Shown here piece by piece: positions 22,483-32,973 of a DNA stretch of 57,244 nt. This stretch comes from Stramenopiles sp. TOSAG23-2 (lineage: Eukaryota). The stretch spans positions 1 to 57,244 of the forward strand of contig LT649257.1 of the NCBI GenBank assembly GCA_900128395.1, read 5' to 3'. Every line of letters starts with the position of its first letter. Position 1 is the stretch's first letter. The notes under the pieces were generated by a model. The model was not told the origin of the DNA. It saw nothing but the letters and a program-made list of their open reading frames with translations, and did no database searches. The translations under genes and the position numbers were made by a program.

Positions 22483-23117
22483 CAGGCATATATGCAAGCA
22501 TATCTGACGAGAAGGGCTGCTGTGCTGCTGTGTTCACTGTACCGTTTAAGCCCTGCTGTGTTCATATGTGACAGGTGACGGAAAAGGCCCCTGCTGTGTC
22601 CATATAATAACAGGTGACGAAAAGTGAAAAAGTAAATGTCCCGGACATATAGTCTAGATGGAATAATATCCTATCAATTATTAAATTACCATTTTTTTTG
22701 TCCGATTCCATAACAGTAAGTGCAATTTATTTTGGTATATTAATAAGTATAAGTCTCTATAGGGAATATTTCCAATTACAGGCCATTTTATAAAAATAAC
22801 AGATTCCCAATTAGAGTACACCAATACCCCCCCCCTAGTACTTTTTCCAACTTAACTATACTACTCTTTCGTACTACAACTAAAACTAATAATTTAAATT
22901 CCTTATTTACTTTTTTAACTTCTTTTCACATATTTTCTTTTCCTTTCCTGGACTACCCTACGCGCACTCTAATGCAGGGGATAAAAAATACACATTCTTC
23001 AAATGTATGTATATACTATAGATTACACACATATGTATATATATGTACATATATATACAACTCACAATTCAACTTATACCCCCCCTCTCCCTGTATTTAT
23101 TTAAGCATACAAACACC

Positions 23118-24266
23118 ATGATACAAGTATTAACGACGAAAGTTCTGCTAAAAAGATCTATTGCCTCAATAAAAAAATCATCTGTCAATAACAATTATAC
23201 TAAACGGAGTTTGAAAAAGATATTTAATAATGGTTTCAACAGTGAGGAAAGGTGTTTTTCCACTTTTCATTCTTGGAATTTTAATCGTATCAGTAATTTC
23301 CCATGTTCTGCCAAGTTGAAGTGTTTGGCTAAGCCACCGTTTTTGGCTGGTACAAACTTTAGCATAAATGGTGTTCTAGGACACATCAATTATTATAATT
23401 ACAACAATGTGAAATATTATAGTAGTAGTGCTTCAAAAAAAGAGGAAGAAGACGAAGATGATTTAAATGACCTTAGTCAAGATGCCGAAGAAGATTATGA
23501 TGATTATCATGACCCACACTCAGTTGAAGATCTTGTTAAAGCGGAAGAGAAATCGAGTTATGAAAAGTATTTGCCAGTTGTAGCAACATGGGGTCCAAGG
23601 ATACTTATTGGTGGTGGTATATCCTATTTAACAACAAAAACATTTTTATATGTTAGTAATACACTGTTAGGAATAACACTTTCTGATGCTGTTTATTTTG
23701 GTTTATTCAGTGGTTTTGTAGGTGCTTCATTATTATACGGAGGCGCCTTTGCATATTATCAAACGTTCCAAAATGTTCGTCCAGAGCCAGTGTTTGCTAA
23801 AGCAATAAAAAAAATGGCGAATAGTGAAGATATTACTGGCATACTTGGAAATATTGGAACATTCAGCTCAATTCAAAGTGGATTTGTACGTGCCTATAAA
23901 TTAGATGGTGGCGATTGGGGCCTAGGTCCAGGTACAAGAGGATTCGCAATACCAACATTTTTAGGAGAAGATAAAAAGTTAGTATTTCGATACCCACGTG
24001 TTCAAATGTGCTTTCAAGTGTATGGTGAGAAACACCAAGCAATGTGTACGGTTGAGGCAATTAATGATCGTGGCAAAATTAAATTTAATTTAATAATGTT
24101 GGATATATTAACAGCACATGATAATGAAGAGTTACAGGATCCAATTTTGGTATATGGTAACGAAGATAGAATGTATGTGCGTGATCAATTGACAGGTTTT
24201 ATTGATTTCAAACGAAATTATTTGGTTGATCCAAAAACATCCGCAGAAACTAGGATGAAACATTAA
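23118..24266 (+). CDS. Mitochondrial inner-membrane TIM21-like protein
   Basis: Basic/Ser-rich presequence and TM segments, then RPEPVFAKAIKKM..RAYKLDGG..MCFQVYGEKHQAMCTVEA..FNLIMLDI, resembling plant/algal TIM21-like proteins. Likely ATG at 23118 (ORF open from 23043). Confidence 0.6.
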   Translation: MIQVLTTKVLLKRSIASIKKSSVNNNYTKRSLKKIFNNGFNSEERCFSTFHSWNFNRISNFPCSAKLKCLAKPPFLAGTNFSINGVLGHINYYNYNNVKYYSSSASKKEEEDEDDLNDLSQDAEEDYDDYHDPHSVEDLVKAEEKSSYEKYLPVVATWGPRILIGGGISYLTTKTFLYVSNTLLGITLSDAVYFGLFSGFVGASLLYGGAFAYYQTFQNVRPEPVFAKAIKKMANSEDITGILGNIGTFSSIQSGFVRAYKLDGGDWGLGPGTRGFAIPTFLGEDKKLVFRYPRVQMCFQVYGEKHQAMCTVEAINDRGKIKFNLIMLDILTAHDNEELQDPILVYGNEDRMYVRDQLTGFIDFKRNYLVDPKTSAETRMKH

Positions 24267-24889
24267 GTTATTAATATATATATATATATACATATTATGG
24301 TAAATATTGTGGTGTATTCAGTAAAAAAGGGGAGTAAAATGCAAGAAATTTTTTTTTATCTATCATACGTACGAATATATTTTTTGAGGAATTTTAACAT
24401 ATATATATATCATACTGATCATATATGAAATTATGCTAGTAACAGTGTGTCTCAATGTCTCAATACATAATGCATAAAATTTTGGAGAAGAATATATATA
24501 TATTCATATATAGTTACCCGGTAAAATCTAAGAGTGTTAATAAAAAATAATTTTACACTCCCCGCGCGTGCTAAGAGTAAATAATATGATGCTCAATTAC
24601 TCAATCGCAAGAATAATATTCTATCCTATGATACTAATAGTAAAGCTCTAATGCACCTCTGCAAACTAATACTCTACAAGCATGAGTAGGTTTCTATCCT
24701 TCCGTGCGCTTTCGTTCAATTTAATGATATGCATAATTTATTTTACTAATATGTGATAAATCGTTAATGCATTAAAATGTTCATTTGGCGAAGAATTATA
24801 ATGAATTATACTCCCTTGGTCACTCTTCAAAATACCAATGGAGATAAATAGATGGTATCAACGTACAGTTGATGGAAAATGTGCTCTTA

Positions 24890-26419
24890 TCATCCCTGTT
24901 GAACTACGTACTTTGAAGTCTTCCTCTGTTTTATTCTATTTTTGAGTGATTTCTTCGCGCCCGTTTCCCTTTCTAATATGACTTTGTATGATTCAAATTT
25001 ACAATCATAAAGTTGTTTCCATCGTGGGATTTTTTTTTTTGCCTTTTTCTTTTTTCGAAGTCCCTCATCATCGTTGGAGTTATTGTCATCAATTACTTTT
25101 TTCCGATTTGCTGCTTCCATTTCAGCACTTAATGCGCTTTCTCTACTTTTTTTAATTTGATCTATGCCACCCAAAGATAGCTGGTGTACTTCTAAAGAAT
25201 TGCGTCTCTCTAATCTATCAGCTTCTAAGGACTGACGAATATGTTGATGACGTTTAGACATTGTCGCTATTTTTTGTTCCTTAGCTTTGTCGTTCATTTT
25301 GAATTTTAAATACGTATTTAATCTTTCAAAATCAGTGTCATATTTGTACAAAGCATATATACATTGGCTATCTCCATCAGTAATACATTGTTTTGCTTTT
25401 ATTGCTAATTCTTTATTTAAAAATCCACGTTTATGCAACATATCAACAACATGTTTTAACTGCATAATCATTTCCGGGTCAAATTCTACATCTGGCGAGG
25501 CATAAAATACATTAGCAGCACTCATTAAGCCCATGAACTGTTCCTTACTATGTTCATTGTGTTTCATAACTGGGACATGGTAATCTACACCATGAACATT
25601 TGTCTTTTGATGTGCTATATCAAAGTTTTTAGATTCAGGAGTATACTCGTTTAATTCAAGTATTTTTTTGAGTAAATGTACATCCCCTGGATTCATTTCG
25701 TATTCAAAAAAAGCTGCCTTTATTTCCACCGCTTGGATATTGTTTTTTAGCATTTGATCTACGCGAATTTTCTCTGCCTGTGTTATTTCATGTTTTTGCA
25801 CCATGACTTCCATCACTTCATCGTAAAGCAATAACTCTTTCGGATCTAAATTCCAGTATTCATCATCTAGAGTTTTTCTTCTCTCAATAGTTGATGAACA
25901 TTTGTCAAGAAAACGCCTAAGGGGTAAAATGGATTCTGATCGTCTATACTTAGATATAGCCATTTTTAAATCCAACAGACAGAACTTTGATTTAAACATG
26001 TATTCAATATGGTCGTAATCATTTTGACTTATTTTTTTACGCTTTAACAATTTGTTTACAAGTTTTCGATAAGCACTCATGTCACCTCTGCTCCATAAAT
26101 CGACACTTGTCCCAGCTTTGCTAGTTGCATCATATTCATGCATCTGGAACGATAGCATATTGTTATAATAAAGGACAAATTCATTGAAATCAATAGCACC
26201 ATCGTTATCGCCATCGATTTTTGCAAATTCGGAAAGTATTCGTTGATTATTTGAATCGTTCGATAACTCAGATGCTGTAAAACAAAGTTTTTCTAACGCA
26301 TTCGTTAATTCCTCTTCATCTATCATACCATCATCATTAGTGTCTATTTCATGAAATATTTCACGTACACGATCCTCAAGATCATGCTGATCAAACAATT
26401 CAGCACTTCTGCTGATCAT
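24890..26419 (-). CDS. EF-hand protein (two N-terminal EF-hands), function unknown
   Basis: Canonical loops DTNDDGMIDEEE and DGDNDGAIDFNE; 509-aa ORF. Confidence 0.85.
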   Translation of the reverse strand: MISRSAELFDQHDLEDRVREIFHEIDTNDDGMIDEEELTNALEKLCFTASELSNDSNNQRILSEFAKIDGDNDGAIDFNEFVLYYNNMLSFQMHEYDATSKAGTSVDLWSRGDMSAYRKLVNKLLKRKKISQNDYDHIEYMFKSKFCLLDLKMAISKYRRSESILPLRRFLDKCSSTIERRKTLDDEYWNLDPKELLLYDEVMEVMVQKHEITQAEKIRVDQMLKNNIQAVEIKAAFFEYEMNPGDVHLLKKILELNEYTPESKNFDIAHQKTNVHGVDYHVPVMKHNEHSKEQFMGLMSAANVFYASPDVEFDPEMIMQLKHVVDMLHKRGFLNKELAIKAKQCITDGDSQCIYALYKYDTDFERLNTYLKFKMNDKAKEQKIATMSKRHQHIRQSLEADRLERRNSLEVHQLSLGGIDQIKKSRESALSAEMEAANRKKVIDDNNSNDDEGLRKKKKAKKKIPRWKQLYDCKFESYKVILERETGAKKSLKNRIKQRKTSKYVVQQG

Positions 26420-26603
26420 GTTGCTTAATCAATTATGTATAAATTTTCCTTTATTTAGACAACATTAATTGAATTGCTAGCTTTATATATATATATATAT
26501 ATATAACTACACTAAATATTATATACATACCTGGTATACCCACACGTATTTATTTTACTATTATTACAATTACTTCAATTACGGTAGTACTTGGTAGTAT
26601 TAT

Positions 26604-26739
26604 TTATTATTTAGGTTCAATTCCGTTAATGCATTGTTTGTTTTCAATCCTTCACCAATACTTTGTACATCGGTAATATTATTACCATTTAGGTCCAATC
26701 TCGTTAATGTATGGTTTGTTTTCAATCCTTCACCAATAC
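26604..26739 (-). repeat. Orphan LRR cassette (about 1.7 modules) related to the LRR gene
   Basis: 26624-26739 is identical to 20708-20823, and 26612-26684 is identical to 20506-20578. Encodes IGEGLKTNHTLTRLDLNGNNITDVQSIGEGLKTNNALTELNLNN with no start codon. Confidence 0.95.
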
Positions 26740-27238
26740 CCCCCCCACAAAAGCTGGAAAAAGCCTACTGGTATTGCAAAAAATCCAAAAATAGCTATAG
26801 CCAATACTTATTTTGATGAATATACTAAGAATATCCGATTTTTGCAATATTAATACCAGTAACTTTGTATCAAATATGCATTAAGAATAATATAATTTAG
26901 ATACTACTGAGCGTCGTGTGTTCCGACTAATTATTAGATACTAAATTATCACTGAAATTAAACCCTAATCCCATCCCAACCACTGCCAAACTTTTTTGCA
27001 GGTACTGTATGCTGGTATGCCTGCACGCCTTAACAAGCCAGCCCAGCCAGCAACAAGGAATAATAATAATGGCCTTAGCACCTAAATGGAAAAAAATAAT
27101 TATGATGGAATTATTAATATATATTAATTGAATTAATCTAGAATTAATAGAATCACATAACAATATACAACAATTACATGTACTTCATATAGAAAATCAA
27201 GTGAAATCAAAAGAAAAACTAAAGGATATAGCGATACA

Positions 27239-27529
27239 ATGGCAGAAGCAATGGACACAGATACCACAGTAGAAAATGTATTGCCTTTGGATACGATTGA
27301 AAAATGTGTTGGAAAAAAAGTATGGGTCATTATGAAAAATAAAAAAGAATTAGTAGGTACACTTAAAGGCTATGACGACTATGTAAACATGGTTATGGAG
27401 GACGTCACTGAATATACAGTAACTTCAGATGGAAAGCAAGTGACAAAACTCGAAAGTATTTTGTTAAATGGCAACAATGTTACGATGTTATCCACAGGTG
27501 AACCGTCAAAGCCGTATAAATTAGAATAA
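27239..27529 (+). CDS. LSM5: U6 snRNA-associated Sm-like protein LSm5
   Basis: [57 protein letters not shown] is the LSm5 signature. Confidence 0.95.
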   Translation: MAEAMDTDTTVENVLPLDTIEKCVGKKVWVIMKNKKELVGTLKGYDDYVNMVMEDVTEYTVTSDGKQVTKLESILLNGNNVTMLSTGEPSKPYKLE

Positions 27530-27830
27530 TTGGTACACAACTAAGCAAATTATTTTTGGACATGATTATATATTTAATACATATAGACTATGATACGAGG
27601 AGTATACCAGGATAATAATTGTGAGGAAGGCGAGGATTTAAAATAGTTCGTAGTACGCACGCTTCGTAAAAAAATAGCAAAAAAATACTTAGAAAAGATT
27701 GCAGAGAGGCGGGAGATAGAGAGGAGATGATTTCAAATTAAAATTCTTATTCATATGAGTTGCCTTTTAATATATTACGATTCGTAGACGAAATATATTT
27801 TTCATTTGTATCCTCTTTTTAAAAATATGA

Positions 27831-27997
27831 GAATATCAACACCCTAGCTATTAGTGTGAGATAGATATTATTATATTGCCTCTCAGTCATTTTTGTACGC
27901 GTTCGTACGAAGTGTTAAAATATATATTTTTTTACTCTTTTCAATAAGAAATTAAAATCATATTATGAGTAAATAAAAAAATAAGCGTGTAAATTAA
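27831..27997 (+). repeat. Dispersed intergenic repeat family A, copy 3 (interrupted)
   Basis: GAATATCAACACCCTAG..AGTGTGAGATAGAT..CTCAGTCATT and ATGAGTAAATAAAAAAATAAG match copies 1 and 2. Confidence 0.65.
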
Positions 27998-28359
27998 ATT
28001 ATACGCGCTCGGTGTAATATGATATACGAAGTCGTTATGTAATTACGTGTATATAACACCCTCTTATACAACAACACTCATATCATATAATATGCATATT
28101 TAATATATGATATGTGATATTTATGATACATCCTTCGTATGATATTTCGGTTTATAATATATTAATATCATATAAAATTAATTTACGCATAACTTATTAT
28201 ATCTAATGAAATATGCACATATATATTATATACGTGTATCAAAGCATATGCAACAAAGATTATCATCCTATTCAATAGTAAAAAATGAATCTCTTCTTTA
28301 AAAAATTCATTCTCATATGATAGTTAAACAAATATCATTCATTTGCACTATAACATGTT

Positions 28360-29475
28360 CTAATACAACCTTCCAGCTGAAAAGCCACGGCTAGTCCCAA
28401 CATTATTCCATGAATTAGAAGGATTACTGGTAGCAGTTGTATATAAATTTCTACCTGCAATACCACTAAATGATGAATTACCTGCATTTGTCATTGAATT
28501 TCTCAATGCTGCATTTTGTGTAACTAATGCTTGTCTTTGATTGTATGACATCAACTGCGCTTGGTATTGCGCCAATGCCATTTCATGCCGTGTTTTTCTA
28601 ACATCATTCTCCGTTTGAAATAAACTTGTTTGTATATTATGTGCATAAGTACGCTGTGCTTGACCACGTGTAATATATTGTTGTGCAATTCGTGCTGCAT
28701 TTTGCGCTTGCTGCTGTGCTCGTAATAAATTCGCTTGAGAAAATCTTGCCGCATCAATCGCACGTTGTTCTTCCATCGCCATTTGTTGCGCATATTGCTG
28801 TGCAGCTACGGACGCTTGGCGCTGTTGCAACAATCTCGATTCAGTACGAATCAACGTATGTCGTTTGGCTTCAACTTCTGGAGAGTAAAAGGTAGAAGAT
28901 GATGATAAATTTGACGTTGTTGGAATATACGAAGATGTAGCAGTGTTGTTGTTGATATGACTCATGGCGCTACCGCCCATAGTATTACTTCCTGTTGCCA
29001 TAAGTGGCACTGGTGGTGCAAATTGATTTGCTGGCATGTAATAATTTCCACCTGCCATTGGCAATGGCATTGGAGGCGGAACGCTATTCATTGCCTTTGC
29101 TAAATTAATATTGTTGATAACACTAAGCCTATCATTTTCTAATGATATTATTCTTGATACCAGTTGCTGCAAAACACTTATGGAATCGGCGTCATATCCG
29201 TAAGTATCAGCAATACGTCGTTGGTTTCTGTGTGCTTCATTAGTACGTTCTAGAGCAATTTCAATATTTTCTAATTGTTTCTGCAATTCAAATTCGTAAT
29301 ATTGTGGCATTTGTGTTGGAAACGTTGAACTTGCAAGGAACGGATCATCTTTTACATTGTTTTCTTTCTTAGTATTATCCTCGTCCACTACTTCTTTAAC
29401 ATTATTTTCTTCTACTTTTGTTTCCTCAGTGGCAGGTGGCTCATTCTTTTCTTTTGATTTTTTCGATTTCTTCAT
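28360..29475 (-). CDS. Hypothetical Gln/Ala-rich coiled-coil protein
   Basis: ~370-aa ORF, first ATG at 29475, low-complexity Q/A and Pro-rich segments; no family recognised. Confidence 0.75.
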   Translation of the reverse strand: MKKSKKSKEKNEPPATEETKVEENNVKEVVDEDNTKKENNVKDDPFLASSTFPTQMPQYYEFELQKQLENIEIALERTNEAHRNQRRIADTYGYDADSISVLQQLVSRIISLENDRLSVINNINLAKAMNSVPPPMPLPMAGGNYYMPANQFAPPVPLMATGSNTMGGSAMSHINNNTATSSYIPTTSNLSSSSTFYSPEVEAKRHTLIRTESRLLQQRQASVAAQQYAQQMAMEEQRAIDAARFSQANLLRAQQQAQNAARIAQQYITRGQAQRTYAHNIQTSLFQTENDVRKTRHEMALAQYQAQLMSYNQRQALVTQNAALRNSMTNAGNSSFSGIAGRNLYTTATSNPSNSWNNVGTSRGFSAGRLY

Positions 29476-29917
29476 TGTTTGAAAATTCAATTATACGTTG
29501 TTACTTGTTTATATTTCTTCGTTTTGAATGTTCAGTAATATATCGTTTTATCTGTTTTATGAAAGAATTACCTCACCTGTCTTTGGTTTCTATAACATGT
29601 ATAAATATATCTAATATTGGTCTCAACTGTAACCTAATAAATTAATAATATAATAAATTACCAACGTTTTTTGTAGCAACTGTACGACGTATTATTAGCG
29701 CTTGGAAACTTTCCTGGTGCTATTTAATGCTAATTGCTATTTGTTCAAATCTGTTTCAGAACCCTTAAAAAAGTAGCTTCGGAAAAATAGCATAGGAATA
29801 CAATGGGTTATTTAGCATAGAAATAGTATGGGAAACTCGCTAGTGCAAAGTATATCGGTATTAGTAGTGTAGTCTATAATAGTGCCCTATCAATAATAAT
29901 TTCAAGATCAATAATCT

Positions 29918-30343
29918 CAAAAAGAAAAGAGGTGACACTACCAGCCAATAATACGCCAAAAACCTGGCCAGCCAATTAAGGTTTTCTCTCTTTAACTAGC
30001 ATGAACATAGCATTATACACTAACTACACATCATTGGCCTTCATCTCGAAAAGATATTCTACACATCAATTTATATGATTCATTATTAAATAATCACACA
30101 TACAAACAACTTTCAATAATCAATATCAAAACTTAGTACTCTATCTCCTCCGAGACGAGAAACGTATGATCCCTGAACTTTTTATATGTTTAATAATACA
30201 TATATGAAAGTGTACTAAAGGTATTTTGGAAGAATAATATTGATTTTTAATATATTAAAAAAATTATTATTTCCATTACTTCATTTTGCATTTTTAACAT
30301 ATTATTGCTTATATTGAAAGGTAAAGTTCAATTAAAGTTAATT
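29918..30343 (+). repeat. Left compound terminal inverted repeat
   Basis: Three blocks are the reverse complement of 36068-36497; the long block is near-identical. Confidence 0.95.
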
Positions 30344-30356
30344 ACTAATCATAAAA

Positions 30357-32054
30357 ATGTCTTGTTCCGAGGAAGATGATGATAATAATAATCATCGGAA
30401 TATACTGAGTGAAACATTAGATGATGGATTAGTTGCTATTGAAGATTTGGCTGTTAATGTGTATTTAGATGATTTAGATCAAGCAAATGCAAAGAGAAAT
30501 AACCAATCTAGAGACAATGATTATAATAATAATAATAATATTAATAATAATAATAATAATGTACTATTATCTACTACAGCTTTGTCTCCCCAATCTACTT
30601 CATCTACACAGATAGGTAGTTCGACATTGCCAGATGATAGCACCCATGCTGAAAGTCAAACACGAAAGAAGAAAATCGATACAATATTAAAAAAAGTGCG
30701 CATTGAACCATACCTAAAAGATTTATGTATTAAACGATACAAAGATGTCTTTCCAACTCATTCTCACTGCTGTTTCAAAAAACGTCGTCGTCGTTCTGAA
30801 TATATTGACTTTATTTTCAATCATGGTACAGCAACTAATACATGTGATCCAAATAACAATTTACAATGTCCTGCGAATGAATTTTTATTGTTTATGAATA
30901 ACCTGAAGAAAGAAATAGATGAAATTGTTTTAAAGATGAAACGTGAAGATGAAGCTTTAAAATTACTCCGAAAAAGTGATAGAGAATCTAGATGCACATT
31001 TGCACTTGCAACAGCAATAGAATCATTACCAAAAATACTTGATGATTTTGTTCTTAGTAATAATGCAAATAATGCACTACATAAATATCCTTTAATTGAT
31101 GCAAATATGGAAGATACATTTAAATCTATTATTAAAGAAAGAAGTGAAATAGCATTAACAAATATGAATGTTGCGTTCTTTGATTATCATACAAATGATG
31201 ACTTAGAGAGTGATTTAAATAAAATATATGCAAATTTTAGAAATATTGAATATGGTGGTGTAAATAAGAAAAATATATTATTATCATACAAAATGTTAGC
31301 ACAAGTTTTTTTTATCGATTTTTTATCACCATTATATGAAACTAATTTAGCAAGAGGTGAAATAAAACCAGATTCAGTCCCAGCATTAGATAATCATGGC
31401 AAAACTGCATTGTATTATCTTGGAGGATATATTTTCCATACTATTTGCTCTGAATCAGAACTGAATGATCCAATAAAATCAAAAATTCGCTCCAGTTTCA
31501 AAACATCTCTTGGTGAATTAGATACAAATGAAAGAGGAGAATTACCAACAAAATTAGTGGAACATAATTTTGGTGAAAAATCAGCAACATATTTATCATT
31601 AAAAGCATTTAAATTTTTTTTGCGCTTAGAAGCAATAGTTCATGGATTATCAACATTGAATAACATGCGCCGTGCTAGAACACATTTAATAAATGAATGC
31701 ATAAAATGGGCAAAAAGTGATATCAAATTGAAGGAGTTGGGATTAGACCTTTTGCATCCACGCCGTCGAAGCAGCCGCAGCCGCCGCCGAAGTAAACGTA
31801 ATCATAGTGGTGATATGATTGTATATGAAGAGCAAGTAAATGGTTTGATTGAATTGATTGCTAGGAAATATATGCGCACACGTGTAAAAGCAGCCCTTCG
31901 ATACCTGATGGATGAAATAGGAATTGGAAGTGGTACTGAGATTAGACAGGTGTTGAAGGTTACAGCAGAGCTAAAACTAGAAACTTCAAAAACTGATGAA
32001 ATATTAAAAACATATAATGCAAGTTTAGATGATGAAAATGGTGTATCTAAATGA
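30357..32054 (+). CDS. Transposon second ORF (565 aa) with a region resembling the P-transposase C-terminal domain
   Basis: Intact ORF starting just inside the left TIR. ALYYLGGYIF..FFLRLEAIV..LIARKYMRTRV resembles the L.YIAGYV..E..Y...R pattern at the C-terminus of P/THAP9 transposases (by eye). Confidence 0.7.
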   Translation: MSCSEEDDDNNNHRNILSETLDDGLVAIEDLAVNVYLDDLDQANAKRNNQSRDNDYNNNNNINNNNNNVLLSTTALSPQSTSSTQIGSSTLPDDSTHAESQTRKKKIDTILKKVRIEPYLKDLCIKRYKDVFPTHSHCCFKKRRRRSEYIDFIFNHGTATNTCDPNNNLQCPANEFLLFMNNLKKEIDEIVLKMKREDEALKLLRKSDRESRCTFALATAIESLPKILDDFVLSNNANNALHKYPLIDANMEDTFKSIIKERSEIALTNMNVAFFDYHTNDDLESDLNKIYANFRNIEYGGVNKKNILLSYKMLAQVFFIDFLSPLYETNLARGEIKPDSVPALDNHGKTALYYLGGYIFHTICSESELNDPIKSKIRSSFKTSLGELDTNERGELPTKLVEHNFGEKSATYLSLKAFKFFLRLEAIVHGLSTLNNMRRARTHLINECIKWAKSDIKLKELGLDLLHPRRRSSRSRRRSKRNHSGDMIVYEEQVNGLIELIARKYMRTRVKAALRYLMDEIGIGSGTEIRQVLKVTAELKLETSKTDEILKTYNASLDDENGVSK

Positions 32055-32973
32055 ATGTAAAGTGTGATATGTATTTCTACAATATAAAAAGAATCTATTG
32101 AGATGTTATATATATATATACATATGTTGTATAAAAATAATTTTTATTTGAATATTTATAGTTTATTACATTTTGTACAAAATATATATTTTATCATCTT
32201 TATATATATTTTTATATATATGTGCAGTGTATGCCATAGTATTTAATGGTATGTATATTTTAAGGCAATTGGCACATCACATCGCTTTTGATTGCTACAA
32301 GCATGGCCAAACCATTCCAATTGTACTATAGGCTAAAATGGTCTTTAAGTACAATAATATTTGTATAGAATTATGTACTTAAAGTATACCAAAAAACGAG
32401 TACAATCTATATAGGATAATGCAATAAATGAGGCTGCCTCTATACTGTTTTGTCAATAAATGTATATATTTATGTGTAAAGGTATTATGCTTGTATTTGA
32501 AAAACAAATTAATACCAAATATGACAAACTGGTGGGAGGAGGGTCATTTTTGCGTTTTTTGCATGCAAGTTCACAACAGCACCAATATTTCTGTCTTCAA
32601 CAATGATATGCAGTAAGTAGCTCAAGCTAGTATCCAGCAGATCCAAATTCCTTGCATTTCCAAACTTGCAGGCATACATATGGATTTTGAGGATATTGAA
32701 GGAAAAGGTTTTTTACACTTTTGTTAATTTGTTATGTTATACATTATAATTTTAAGTTGTATATTTATCTATATAATTTAAAGTCCTTAAAACTGAAAAC
32801 AGACTTGCCCGTGGGCAAATCTAAACATTGGTGTCATTTTTTCTTGGCAAACCAGCAAACACTGTTTGTCACTTTCAGACAGCCAATCCTATCATTCTTT
32901 CCCAGCCATTTCCTATTACAACCTAAAATACAGTATGAATAACATTAAATTTTTTTACATGAACACATCACAA

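Larger units (their letters stand above)
19669..22988 (-). mobile_element. Putative non-autonomous Helentron/Helitron2-like element carrying an LRR gene
   Basis: Minus-strand 5' end TTTTTTATCCCCTGCATTAG with a local hairpin partner (TGC..AGGG). 3' end CTAATGCAGGG-CTCTC-GCCGTACGGC-AA-T10. This gives an asymmetric 11-bp subterminal IR, a 3' stem-loop, T-runs at both ends, no TSD and internal tandem repeats. No Rep/Helicase gene seen. Confidence 0.65.

Noticed and set aside
22105-22578. 157-aa ORF (QAGFRQVSG / SQENRRKIAGK repeats)
   Set aside because: Translation of the 11-bp tandem arrays, with a non-ATG start.
32240-32720. Cys/His-rich minus-strand translations inside the P element suggesting a PHD or zinc finger
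   Set aside because: Interrupted by stops and ligand spacing is not convincing.
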